From assembly GCF_032191835.1 (NCBI RefSeq), contig NC_083237.1, positions 8,494,001 to 8,558,000 of the forward strand: DNA of 64,000 nucleotides. The letters run 5' to 3'. A model generated the notes under the pieces. That model made no database searches, was not told where the DNA came from, and worked only from the letters and a program-made list of their open reading frames with translations. Shown here in pieces: positions 12,668 through 24,510 of the stretch; within the stretch, counting starts at the first letter, position 1, and every line of letters begins with the position of its first letter. This DNA comes from Heteronotia binoei. Lineage: Eukaryota. Position numbers and translations under genes: made by a program.

Positions 12668-12819
12668 AGATTACAAACCCTGATGGCATCTTTAAAGTGC
12701 TCTTATTCAGTCATTACATCACATCAGGGATGGGGGGATCCCCCCAGAAGGGGTGGCGAGAGAAAAAGGTGCCAGCATGGCATTTGTCACTGTCATTATA
12801 CAAAGACTTGACAGAACAT

Positions 12820-13040
12820 CTCTGCCTTACAGGCCCTGCGGAACTGTAAAAGATCCTGCAGGACCCTGATGTCTTCTGGCAGAGCGTTCCACCAAGTCGG
12901 GGCCAGGACTGAAAAAGTCCTGGCCCTTGTTGAGGACAGCTGGACTTCTTTCAGGCCACGATCACCACCAGATTTCGACCAATGGAGCATAACGCCCTTC
13001 CAGGGACATACTGGAGGAGGCAGTCCCGTTTGATGTTGAA
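12820..13040 (-). mobile_element. Older L2 ORF2 C-terminal fragment
   Basis: RARTFSVLAPTWWNALPEDIRVLQDLLQFRRACK is similar to the L2 C-terminus. Confidence 0.75.
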
Positions 13041-13348
13041 TTTCTCCATTTGATGTCAAAACTATTGAGTATATATGTTGGTTAATACAGCAAAGTTGCA
13101 CATCAAGGGAAAGGTGGCGTTACGTGCAGTAACCTATCTTCAAGCAATTCTATTGCAACCGATAATGGACTTACTTTTAAGGACACTTAATCATATTTAC
13201 AGGCAATTTGTAATAGGAAAAAAAAGATGCCTATCCAAAATACAATTCAATGGCTGCAATCACATACACTAAGAGATGCACGAGTGCCATGGACATGAGA
13301 TGCTCTTTGCAAAATGATTATCTGAATTTTCTGACTTGCATCACTTAC

Positions 13349-13475
13349 CCATCTGGTTTGCAATCTTCCCTTCTTGGCATGGAACACAATTATAACAGCA
13401 AAATTTCTCCCCTTCCTTCTTTTCCTTATGATAACCAGGCTGGCAATGGTCATTACAAACAGAATTAGGGGTCAC
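13349..13475 (-). CDS. Vmn2r: V2R gene B, exon 5
   Basis: 127 bp, aacag|GTG ... G|gtaagt. Encodes VTPNSVCNDHCQPGY...FCCYNCVPCQEGKIANQM. Confidence 0.93.
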
Positions 13476-14633
13476 CTGTTCAAAAACATAACAATTATAT
13501 TCATGTGCCAAATTATTTAATTCAATAATGAGCTGTTGAAATAGAACAAAGCCTAAAACAGCTAGCTGGTATCTTTTAGATTATGTCATGTATTATATTT
13601 TCTGTGTTTGATTGAAAATAGGTTGGAATGAGGAAAAAAAATAAGTACTAATTCATCATCTTTCCCAAACAGGAAAGCCAACTGGTGGTCAGTTGTAGTC
13701 CATGACAAAGGTGTAGCTCCACGACTGCTGGCTGTTTTAATGATGTATAGTTATAACAAATGTTTGATTTTAATTATATATTGTGAAATGTTAATTTAAA
13801 GTGTAATTTTATACTTTTATGTTAGTTTTATATATGTTGTAAGCCGCCCTGAGCCACTCGGTGGGAAGGGCGGGATATAAATCCCAGATAAATAAATAAA
13901 TAAAATAAAAATAAATAAAGGTTGTGATTTGTATTTATTCTTTGCCTTTTCTCACTGAGATTCAAGATCCCACAGTTTAAGTCAATACAACCAACAGGGT
14001 GAGGTGTCCAGTAAATAATGCAACAGGGTTTGGATTACAGAACTCTGAAAACAATCAAAATCTCAGAATAGATCTGAAACCAAGCTGAAACAATGCAGAA
14101 GTGTTAATTTGACACATTGGCCAATACAGAAAGTATATAGTAGAACTGTAGTTACAGGAACAGACAGTGCATATTATACAAAGTGGTATGGTCCACTGTC
14201 ATGGTCATTTTACTAAAGCATGTTTCTGAAACATTTCACTACAATATACCACTATTAGCTGTAAAAAAAAGCCCTATTGAGACATTCAGGTTTGCATAAT
14301 TTGCAGAAAGCCAGGAGAAAAAGTGACTTCTTTAACAAATCAATCAATCGTTTATTATGGCCAAAAGACCAGCAGAATTAGATACAGAAAAAAAAGACAA
14401 ATCAGACAGGACATTCTGTAAGGCAGAAATTTCTATTTTATCTGCAATTCATTTCCAACATTGCTGTTAAACACTTTAATGAAGCTGCATCTCTGTTCAG
14501 TTGTGCATTTCTGCACAAAAGGCCACAGTGACTTTAGCATAGAGCCTATCTATAAAAGAATGTCAGAATCTCTTCTTATGAACCATCAATGCAGAAAGAG
14601 GACTCACCCCTTAAAATGCACTAGAATCCATAC

Positions 14634-14861
14634 CTGGTTGAAAGTGTGAGGCCACACAATTTGGTCCTCATGAATGATGAATTTCTGCCCTTCAGGAGCA
14701 CTGGGATTCAGACTTCCCACTTTCACTTTCAAGAAGGAATTGTTTGAGAAGGTGACCAGATTCATTACATCAAATCTAGCTGGCATTTCCTTGTAACCAT
14801 TAAAATGTACTGTTTCGCCTGCTGAATTATTAAACACAATTCCTTGAAGGAATGGATGGAG
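14634..14861 (-). CDS. Vmn2r: V2R gene B, exon 4
   Basis: 228 bp, aaag|CTC ... CAG|gtatgg. Encodes LHPFLQGIVFNNSAGE...WPHTFNQ. Confidence 0.9.
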
Positions 14862-15720
14862 CTTTTTTTTTTTTGAAGAAAGAAAAGAATGACGGAAAAA
14901 ATATATCACAGTAACAATGTAAAATGCATTCAGTTGGGCAACTGTGTGGGTCTGAAGCAACAGAACAAAGTTTGAGTCCTGTGGCACTTTTAAAACCAAC
15001 AAGTTTAATTCTTGGTGCAAGCTCCCTTGTGCAGGCACACTTCTTCAGATACGCCGAAACAGACTTCTACAACCATTACATAAAGGTGGAGAAGGGGAGG
15101 AGGTTAGTTGCCAAAAAGAGCTTATGCATCTTGACTATAATCAAAGGAGGTGGTGACGGCTGCCAGCATAGAAAGCTTCAAGAGGGGATTGGAGAAGCAT
15201 ATGGAGCAGAGTCCATCAGTGGCTATTAGCCACAGCATAATTGATGGAACTCTCTGTCTGGGGCAGTGATGCTCTGTATTCTGGGTGCTTGGGAGGGGGG
15301 CAACAGTGGAAGAGCTTCTAATGTCCTGGCACCACTGATGGACCTCCTGATGGTACCTGGTTTTATTGGTCACTGTGTGACACAGAGTGTTGGAATTGGA
15401 TGGGCCATTGGCTTCTTATGTTCTTAAAGCATTGCTCTATTCACACTAGACAGAAACACATGAAAATAAGAAGAACCCTGAAGGATCAGATTAGTGGACC
15501 ATCTAATTCAGCATCCTTCCAGTTACTCTAGAGGGCCAACGTAGGGCTGGGAAGGACTTTCCCCTTATTGGCTCTGTATATGCAGGTTTCCTTTAGCCAC
15601 CATAGATTACATATGGGTTATTTGCCCAAAAGGAGAACAATACCAGACAGCCACCTTCTTTCATCACATAATTCTAAATTGTGGTTGTAGGTGTCAGGAG
15701 CACTGAAGCTATCCTATGAT

Positions 15721-15927
15721 CAGGGTTTCCTCTAAGCTGAGTTAGTGTGAGCTAGCTCACAGTTTTTTAGCCTCTGGGTCACACTTTTTTTGTCCCAGCT
15801 CAGGGAAAATGGCCCCAGCACAAATTAATTGATGCAGTAGTCAAATTGCTGGCTCACAGTTTTAATGCCAGTAGGTCATGGAGTAGAACGTTTGCTCACA
15901 AGATTCCACAGCTTAGAGGGAATATTG
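15721..15927. mobile_element. hAT-type MITE (TTCCCTCTAAGCTG-type TIRs) in gene B intron 3
   Basis: 8-bp TSD CCTATGAT/CCTATGGT. Absent in gene A. Related copy at 51605-51798 with TSD CCTGTCAC/CCTGTGAC. Confidence 0.8.
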
Positions 15928-16107
15928 CCTATGGTCCAGCTGGTGAGTTTCAAGTGTGCATGAGTGACATATCTGAAAGGAGATTATTTCAAGCCATAAA
16001 TATATGCTACATCTTTTCACTATTATTCATGGCAGAGGAAGTTTGAAATTATCTCAACCAAAACGTAACTTCATAACAGTAATAACAATTGATTGAGAAA
16101 GTACTAC

Positions 16108-16962
16108 CTGCCAAGGCTGAAGATCTTGAAATTCATCCCCCTTGGTATCCATTCTTGGTCTGCACTTGGATGTGGAAGCAGACATGGAATGCAAGGCATG
16201 TGCCACAGCATAGACAGCATTATAGATGCTATAGCTCTGGCCAGTCATGCTCATTTCAAATATTGGTCCAGGAAGGCTCTCCAGCCTCTCTTCCCCAGTA
16301 CATGTCGCATCGCTATTCTCTGGGTCCTCGGATTTTGGAAATGAACAGCCAAATGCTTGTTCCCAGAAGTACTTCAGAAAGCCATCTCCTTGTTTCCTAT
16401 AAGGTTTCACATTTTGAAGAAACTTCTGGAAACCTACAAGATTCTCTGAATGAGGTGTGAAGAAAATGGCACCTTGGTAGAATTCAAAATTCTCATTCCT
16501 CTGGAGGGATGTTACTAGGAAATCAACTTGGCCCACCAGAATCCACACTTTTCTAAGTGAGGGATTTTCCTCATCTCCAGCCCCTCCTATGGATATTAAT
16601 ATCATCAGCCAGTTAATGGTAGTAGGTCTACCATAAAGGATGATTGCACTTGCTTTGCTATGTTTGAAACATGTGTATGCTGTGAAGAACAGAGAACTGA
16701 AGTAATCCATTTCATTTTTCTGGTGATGGGATGCTATTCTTTCTATGAAAGCTAGACAGATTCCATTGGGGTTAAGTACTGACTCCAGACTATGCAAAAA
16801 GTGTTCTCCACTGTCATTATCAATAACAAAAAGCCCAACCCAAGTCCACTGGAAATGTTTAAGTAACCTCCTGATCTGCTGGACTTCATTTAGAACCATG
16901 TGGTAAAAGGAATGGGGTTGCCTCATCTCCTTCTTCTCTTGGGCAAACAACCCGTATGTGAA
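16108..16962 (-). CDS. Vmn2r: V2R gene B, exon 3
   Basis: 855 bp, open frame, ttttag|TTC ... CAG|gtagta. Encodes FTYGLF...WTWVG...FWEQAF...LQPWQ. Confidence 0.95.
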
Positions 16963-17124
16963 CTAAAAGAAAAGATACCAGATTAACAGAAATCTGATTA
17001 CGTGCATGCCTGTCCAGCCAACGAATACTTGCATGTTCTATGAGAATTGAAGCTGCTTCTTTCTGAATGTTCTGAGACTATTAACTTCCTTCAGTAATGT
17101 AGGACAAAGACAAGCACAACAACA

Positions 17125-17790
17125 ACAATTTTTATTTATATCCCGCCCTCCCCGCCAAAGCAGGCTCAGGGCGGCTAACAACACAATTCCATACATTGGT
17201 TATACAAGATTAAACAAAGACTACATTAACAGTTTAATTAAAATTCTAAAATTGATAAAAAATATGCTGGTGCTATTTTACAAAGGCAAATTCCTTAGCA
17301 GTTTCCCTCTTGGTTAGTGAAGGCCAGTCGAAAGAGGATAGTCTTGCAGGCCCTGCGGAACTGTTCAAGATCCTGCAGGGCCCGCATTTCCTCTGGAAGT
17401 TGGTTCCAAAGGCGTGGAGCCATAGTAGAGAAAGCCTTGTCGCGGGTGCTTTGTAGTTTCACCTCTTTCGGCCCAGGAATAGTCAGCAGGTTTTTCCCGG
17501 CTGACCTCAGTGCTCTCTGGGGTTCATATGGGGAGAGACGGTTCCTAAGGTAGGCAGGTCCTCGGCCATATAGGGCTTTAAAGGTAATAACCAGCACTTT
17601 GTAATGAATCCAGTATACAACTGGCAGCCAGTGCAGTTCACACAGCCCCAGCTGTATGTGCTCCCACTTTGGGAGCCCCAACAGCAATCTAGCTGCCGCG
17701 TTCTGCACCAGCTGCAGTTTCCGGGTTCGGTACAAAGGCAGCCCCATGTAGAGGGCATTACAGTAATCCAGTCTCGAGGTGACCGTAAAT
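17125..17790 (-). mobile_element. L2 3' fragment, same family as 21375-24510, in gene B intron 2
   Basis: Encodes RLDYCNALYMGLP...HWLPV...LLTIPGP with the same 3' UTR. Absent from the homologous gene A intron. Confidence 0.92.
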
Positions 17791-18296
17791 GGATGAAATT
17801 TGGAATCGAGTCCAAAAATACCCCTCATTGAAACCATCAACCCCACAGAAATGTAACTAAGGTCAAATTGACCTAGGGTTGCCAGGTCTGATTCATGAAA
17901 TACCTGGGGACTTTGGGTATGGAGCCAGGAGTTTTTGGGAGTGGAGCCAGGAGCAAGGGTGTGACAAGCACAATTGAACTCCAAAGGGAGTTCTGGCCAT
18001 CACATTTAAAGGGACTACACACCTTTTAATGCCTTCCCTCCATTTAGAAATAATGAAGGATAGGGGCATTGAATTGAGCCCCCATGACGTGCAAGTTCAG
18101 CCCTCACCTCCAGATTCTTGGAAGGGCTATAAACATCTAACAATATCCTGATACATTAAGTCACTTGGAATTAGTGTTCCTTTGAAGTTTCAGCTTAGTT
18201 CTTTTATGCAGTTCTGTCCTTATCAAGCACTAAACCTATACCGGAAATAAAGCAATCTTTTTGTGAAACGATTATACTCCTAGGTATAGAACACAC

Positions 18297-18588
18297 CTGT
18301 GGAACTTTGTGGAGCTCTAGAATATCTGCCATACGGAAGGAGATCTCAGGGCTAAGTCCCCCAATGACAGCTATTAGACTCTTTTTGGTGTCACATTTAT
18401 AGTTGGGGACAAATCTATGGGATCTGAAGAGCAAGTTCAAAGTAGCTTGATAGGTCATCCATTCATCATAATAACTCTCATAGATATGGAACCCAAGGGA
18501 GACATTTGGCAATATCTTGACATTCTCATTGATCTCCTTAACTGCAGATTCCAGAGCCAAGACATGTTGGTAGTTCTTTGTTGTCATG
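18297..18588 (-). CDS. Vmn2r: V2R gene B, exon 2
   Basis: 292 bp, tttacag|C ... CAG|gtgtgt. Encodes TKNYQHVLAL...HKVPQ. Confidence 0.95.
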
Positions 18589-19200
18589 CTGTAAACAGAG
18601 TTCATTTTTCATATCTAGAAGAAATCTGAATCGTTTAAATTTTTTTACAGGTGTAGCAATTTATTTTGTTTCATGTTTAACACACTCTCTCTCTCTCCCT
18701 CTCTCTCCCTCCCTCCCTCTATCTCTTGCTGTGAATACTTCTTCTTTGTCCCAAGTAGTGTTCATGACAACTAAGAGTTAGACACAGTCACTCTAAATAG
18801 GCTCTAGATTCATCTGATATCCATTTCATAATAATACCAATGGTATATTTTCAAGGCACCTAAAGTTAATGTTTAAATACAAATGGTCTTGTAAATTTTG
18901 GTATCGCATCAGGGAAGTTTGCTTTTTAATTCTTTTGCAGTGTTTTGCAAAGGAACAAGCTACTGCTCTGCAAGAACTTGTGGAGATCACCTTGGTCTCC
19001 CAGCTCCTAGTCAGAAACAAGTGTTTGTGGGGTTCCTGCCACTGAACTGGCTCTCTGAATCATTTGACTTTCAAACAGGAGCAGGATAGGCTTACAGTGA
19101 CTATAGCATACTGCATGGATTGTAAAACCTTCTTTAATATTTGAAATAAGAACAGCAGGGATGTGGAGTGGTATACTATGGCCCAGTGTCATTAGATCTC

Positions 19201-19962
19201 AGAACATAAGAACATAAGAGAAGCCATGTTGGATCAGGCCAATGGCCCATCCAGTCCAACACTCTGTGTCACACAGTGGCCAAAAAAATTATACACACAC
19301 ACACACATACACACACACACATATACACACTGTGGCTAATAGCCACTGATGGACCACTGCTCCATATTTTTATCTAACCCCCTCTTGAAGCTGGCTATGC
19401 TTGTGGCCGCCACCACCTCCTGTGGCAGTGAATTCCACATGTTAATCACCCTTTGGGTGAAGAAGTACTTCCTTTTATCCATTTTAACCTGACTGCTCAG
19501 CAATTTCATTGAATGCCCACGAGTTCTTGCATTGTGAGAAAGGGAGAAAAGTACTTCTTTCTCTACCTTCTCCATCCCATGCATAATCTTGTAAACCTCT
19601 ATCATGTCACCCCGCAGTCGACGTTTCTCCAAGCTAAAGAGCCCCAAACGTTTTAACCTTTCTTCATAGGGAAAGTGTTCCAAACCTGTAATCATTCTAG
19701 TTGTCCTTTTCTGCACTTTTTCCAGTGCTATAATATCCTTTTTGAGGTGCGGTGACCAGAATTGCACACAGTATTCCAAATGACATTGCACCATCGATTT
19801 ATACAGGGGCATTATGATACTGGCTGATTTGTTTTCAATTCCCTTCCTAATAATTCCCAGCATGGCGTTGGCCTTTTTTATTGCAATCGCACACTGCCTT
19901 GACATTTTCAGTGAGTTATCTACCACGACCCCAAGATCTCTTTCTTGGTCAGTCTCTGCCAG
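19201..19962 (-). mobile_element. CR1 3' fragment inserted into a 5S-derived SINE in gene B intron 1
   Basis: ORF 19336-19926 matches the CR1 ORF2 C-terminus, with an AACATAAG tail. The homologous site in gene A (about 6465) is empty. Confidence 0.93.
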
Positions 19963-20487
19963 TCTAAGCTAAGCATAGTTGGTACTTGGATGGGAGATCA
20001 CTGAGGAAGACTCTGCAGAGGCAAAGTCAAACCACCTCTGCTTCATCATTTGCCTTGAAAACCCTATGGGATGGTCATAAGTCAGTTGCAACTTGATGGC
20101 ACTTTATGCACGCAATAGAATCAACCCTAATTAACCCATGGAATTAAATTAACCCAGCTGCCCTGAGCCCAACTGGGGAGGGTGGGGTATAAATGCAAAA
20201 TAATAAATAAATAAATAAATTGAGGCTTTCTGAATCATTTCTATATAATTTCTTGCTCCCCGTAATACATTTGGCCATCATAAAATGGTTTCTCACCACC
20301 ACCACCTGGTATTTGAAAACAGAGATTTCATTAAGAGAAAAGAGATCTGTTTAGTAACTAGAAAAGACGCAACAAAAAATGACAAATAGTTGGGAGTGCA
20401 GGGAAAGAAAAACCTTAATTCCACATGTATCTCCTCTCATTTTGATTGGTCTAGCTCGCTGGAAGACACAGGAAAATGTTTTCTTAC

Positions 20488-20762
20488 ATTGTTGTGTCAA
20501 GAATGTCCTGGAAATGAAATTCGTTGAAAGAAAATTCAGAAAACCAGCTGGGAATCTGAGAGACAATTCCACCTATAATGAGGTTCCCTGACTGAGAACT
20601 CTCATGCAGGCCAGGTAGGAAACCTTTCAAGAGACACATATCTATTTTGCATGCCACAGGACGCAACCCAAGCAGCCATGTCACAACCAGCAACACCAAT
20701 GAGTGGTGAAGGTGATCTGTGGGTATAGATGTTCCTGAGCCCATCTGAAGCACCAGTCCCAT
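20488..20762 (-). CDS. Vmn2r: V2R gene B, exon 1
   Basis: Near-identical to gene A exon 1. Donor AT|gtaag, phase 2. Start codon uncertain. Confidence 0.8.
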
Positions 20763-21374
20763 TTAAACAGACTGTCTGGAATGGCAACTGAGAATGCCAG
20801 TATGCATCTTCATATGAGCCAACTGAGCTGCTGAATGACAGAAAAGATTTTGAAAACTCAGTTTGCAAATGTGGATTGTCCAAGTGACATATAAGAGATC
20901 AAGGTGACAGAGTCCTGCCTTTCATTTCTCAAAAGAATAGGAGGTGTTCACAGCAGTCATTTTGTAGAAAAATAGGTGGCAGAGCTCATCCAGGGCTTGT
21001 TACGCAGCTGCAATACTATTCAATGGAAAAGGAGGTGGAACTCGCAGAAGGAGGAGGTTGAACTCTCAGAAAGGTTCAGGAGCTGCACTCCTGTGAGCTC
21101 CCACTGAATCTGAGGCCTGGGTGGTTATATAAGCAATGCGGTTTGCTTATTCATTGATTTCTATCCCCCTCTGAAAAGCTGTGGAGTTTTAGCCACCTGT
21201 AAAAATTATAGTGATTTCAATCATTCCAGAAAGAGATCATTATCTTTGCTAAATTTGTCTCTGGTCATCATCAGCTGCAATTCAGGGAAAAAACAAAACT
21301 ATATTCACAGACCTCCTCTACTCCTTAGTGCAATATTATTAAACAACTGGAATGTGAACCAGAGGAAGCCCAGG

Positions 21375-24300
21375 TAGATAGATAGATAGATAGATAGATA
21401 ATTTTTATTTATATCCCGCCCTCCCCGCCGGGGCAGGCTCAGGGCGGCTAACAGTAACAGTAACATTCCATTGTATAAAAACAAGGTTACATTCAACATT
21501 AAAATTCTAATAGATTTAAAATTAATTACAGTTATAAAAGTGCTAATGCTATTGCTATTTGTTCTTTATTATGATGGCGGTATCATTAGTACTTAATTTT
21601 CTACATCATCGAAAGCCAGTCGGAAGAGGAAAGTCTTGCAGGCCCTGCGGAATTGTTCAAGATCCCGCAGGGCCCGCATTTCCTCTGGAAGTTGGTTCCA
21701 TAAGCTCGGGGCCACAGAGGAGAAGGCCCGATTGCGGGTGCATTGCAACTTCACCTCTCTTGGTCCGGGGATAGTCAGCAAGTTTTTTCCAGCTGACCTC
21801 AGTGCTCTCTGGGGTTCATATAGGGAGAGACGGTCCCTGAGGTAGACAGGTCCTCGACCATATAGGGCTTTAAAGGTAATGACCAGCACTTTGTAACGAA
21901 CCCGGTATATAACTGGCAGCCAGTGCAGCTCGCGCAGCCCAGGCTGTATGTGCTCCCATTTAGGGAGCCCCAACAGTAGCCTGGCCGCTGCGTTCTGCAC
22001 CAGCTGCAGCTTCCGGGTTCGGTACAGAGGCAGCCCCATGTAGAGGGCATTACAGTAATCCAGTCTCGAGGTGACCGTTGCGTGAAGTACCGTTGCCAGA
22101 TCTTGGCGCTCTAGGAAGGGAGCCAACTGCCTTGCCCGCCTCAGGTGGAAGAAGGCTGACTTGGCAGTGGCTGCAATCTGGGCCTCCATTGATAATGAAG
22201 GCTCCAGTAAAACTCCCAGACTCCTAACCCGGTGCGCCGCTTTCAGCGGCGCCCCGTCGAAGACCGGAAGAGGTGTTTCCCCTTCCCGGGCGCCCCGACC
22301 CAGACAAAGGACTTCTGTCTTCGCTGGGTTCAATTTCAGCCCGCTCCTCCTCAACCACATTGCCATATCCTGCAGGGCCCGGTCTAGATTCTCAGGGACG
22401 CAGTCAGGCCGGCCGTCCATTAGCAGATAGAGTTGGGTGTCATCTGCATATTGATGGCACCCAAGTCCGTATCTCCTGGCAATCTGGGCAAGAGGGCGCA
22501 TGTAGATATTGAATAATATTGGTGAGAGAACTGCCCCCTGAGGCACTCCACAGTCCAGTGTGCGCCTCCGGGACCGCTCGCCACCAATTGCCACCCTTTG
22601 TCCCCGATCCTCGAGGAAGGAGGAGAGCCATTGTAAGGCAGACCCCCTCACCCCTATATCGGCGAGGCGGCGGGTCAGTAGCCGATGGTCGACCGTGTCG
22701 AACGCGGCCGACAGGTCTAACAACATCAGCACCGCCACACCGCCCCGATCCAGATGCCGTTGGAGATCGTCTACCAGGGCGACCAGTACTGTCTCCGTCC
22801 CATAGCCCGGGCGAAAGCCGGACTGGCAAGGGTCTAGGATGGAAGCGTCATCCAGAAAGCTCTGCAACTGCGACGCCACTGCCCTCTCAATTATTTTACC
22901 TAAAAACGGTAAATTAGAGACCGGTCGGTAGTTTGCCAATTCGGCCGGATCTGCTGTAGTTTTTTTCAGGAGGGGTCGGACCAAAGCCTCTTTCAGGGAT
23001 GATGGAAAACGCCCCTCTGAGAGGGATCTATTTATGATGTCCCGTAAAGGACATTCAAGCTCCCTCAGGCAAGATTTAATTAGCCAGGAGGGGCATGGGT
23101 CCAGATCGCAAGTTGTAGGGCGCGCAGAGGAGAGGATTCCGTCAACTTCCTCCAGGCTGAGCGGGTCGAAATGATCCAGAGTTAAATCAGAAGACAGGCA
23201 AGGGGCCTCGGGCTCATGTACTGTATCTAAGGTGATGGGCAGGTCCTGGCGGAGCGACGTGATTTTGTCTGCAAAAAATTTCGCAAAAGCCTCACAGCCT
23301 ATTTCTAATTCTCTTACGTTTGGTCTGCCTTGGGGCAGAGTAGTTAAGTGTCCAATTATTTTGAATAATTGTGCCGGGCGCGAATTTGCAGACGCAATCT
23401 TGGCCGCAAAGTACTTCTTCTTTGCGGCCTTGACTGCCATCTCATACGACCTCATAAGCGTTCTGTAGGATGTTCTCGCCGCTTCGCCACGAGTGCGCCG
23501 CCACTGCCTCTCTAGTCGTCGGAGTCCTTGTTTCAACCGGCGTAGCTCCAGGGTATACCAAGGAGCCAGCCTTGAACGAGGGCGCAGAGGACGTCGGGGT
23601 GCGATCTCGTTGATTGCCCCAGATAGCCGGTCTTGCCAGGCATCAACCAGGGCGTCAAGGGAATCACAAGGGGGCCAAGGATCCCGAAGAGCCGTTTGGA
23701 ACCGTTCCGGGTCCATCAGGCTCCGCGGGCGAGCCAAAATAGGCTCTCCGCCCTTACAGGGTTGTGGTAGCGTCTCCATACGAGCCTTGAGGGCTAAGTG
23801 ATCCGACCATGGTATCGCCTCCGTTGCGATTTCGTTCACTTTAATCCCGGCCGCAAAGATCAGATCTAATGTGTGCCCCGCCTGATGCGTGGGAGTCGTA
23901 ACAAATTGGGAGAGTCCTAGTGTCGCCATGGAAGACACTAGGTCCATCGCCTGAGTGGAAGCCGCGTCATCGGCGTGGACATTGAAGTCACCCAGGACCA
24001 GAAGCCCCGGGCACTCCAACGCCCAGCCGGACACCGCCTCCATCAGGGATGGTAAGGCGCTGGCCGGTGCGTTAGGCGGACGGTACACCAGCCAGATCGC
24101 CAACCTCTCCCCGACATCCAACGCAAGGCCGACACATTCAACACCATCGATCTTTGGGGCCGGGAGGGCCCTGAAGGAGTAAGCCTCCCGTATGAATATC
24201 GCCACCCCGCCCCCCCGCCCGCTAATCCGCGACTGGTGGAAGACCGAGTAGCCCGGGGGGGTCATCTGGGAGAGTGCCATTGTCTCTCCCTCTTGAACCC

Positions 24301-24510
24301 AGGTCTCGGTCACGCAAGCCAGGTCTGCATCCTGCCGAAGCAGGAAGTCCTTAATGGTCTCGATCTTATTGTTTATAGACCTGGCGTTGCATAACACCAG
24401 TGTCGGACGCGGGCAATTTCTCTTGGTCCCCCTACTTGTCACCGTTGGGATGGGAAGTAGACTAGAAGGGGGCCGAGCACTGTTTTGTCTCTGTCTCCTG
24501 GTGCTCAATA
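21375..24510 (-). mobile_element. Young L2-clade LINE, 5'-truncated, with uninterrupted ORF2 (APE endonuclease plus RT, 21593-24508)
   Basis: 971-codon ORF with NARS, VTETW, GDFN, TLDL, SDH (endonuclease) and DLSAAFDTVDH, GVPQG, YADD (RT), plus the HWLPV C-terminal motif. L2-type 3' UTR with a (TATC)n tail. Rich in CpG. Confidence 0.95.

Noticed and set aside
12346-12849. Long ORFs spanning N-runs (also 52491-53147 and neighbours)
   Set aside because: Artefacts of translating assembly gaps.
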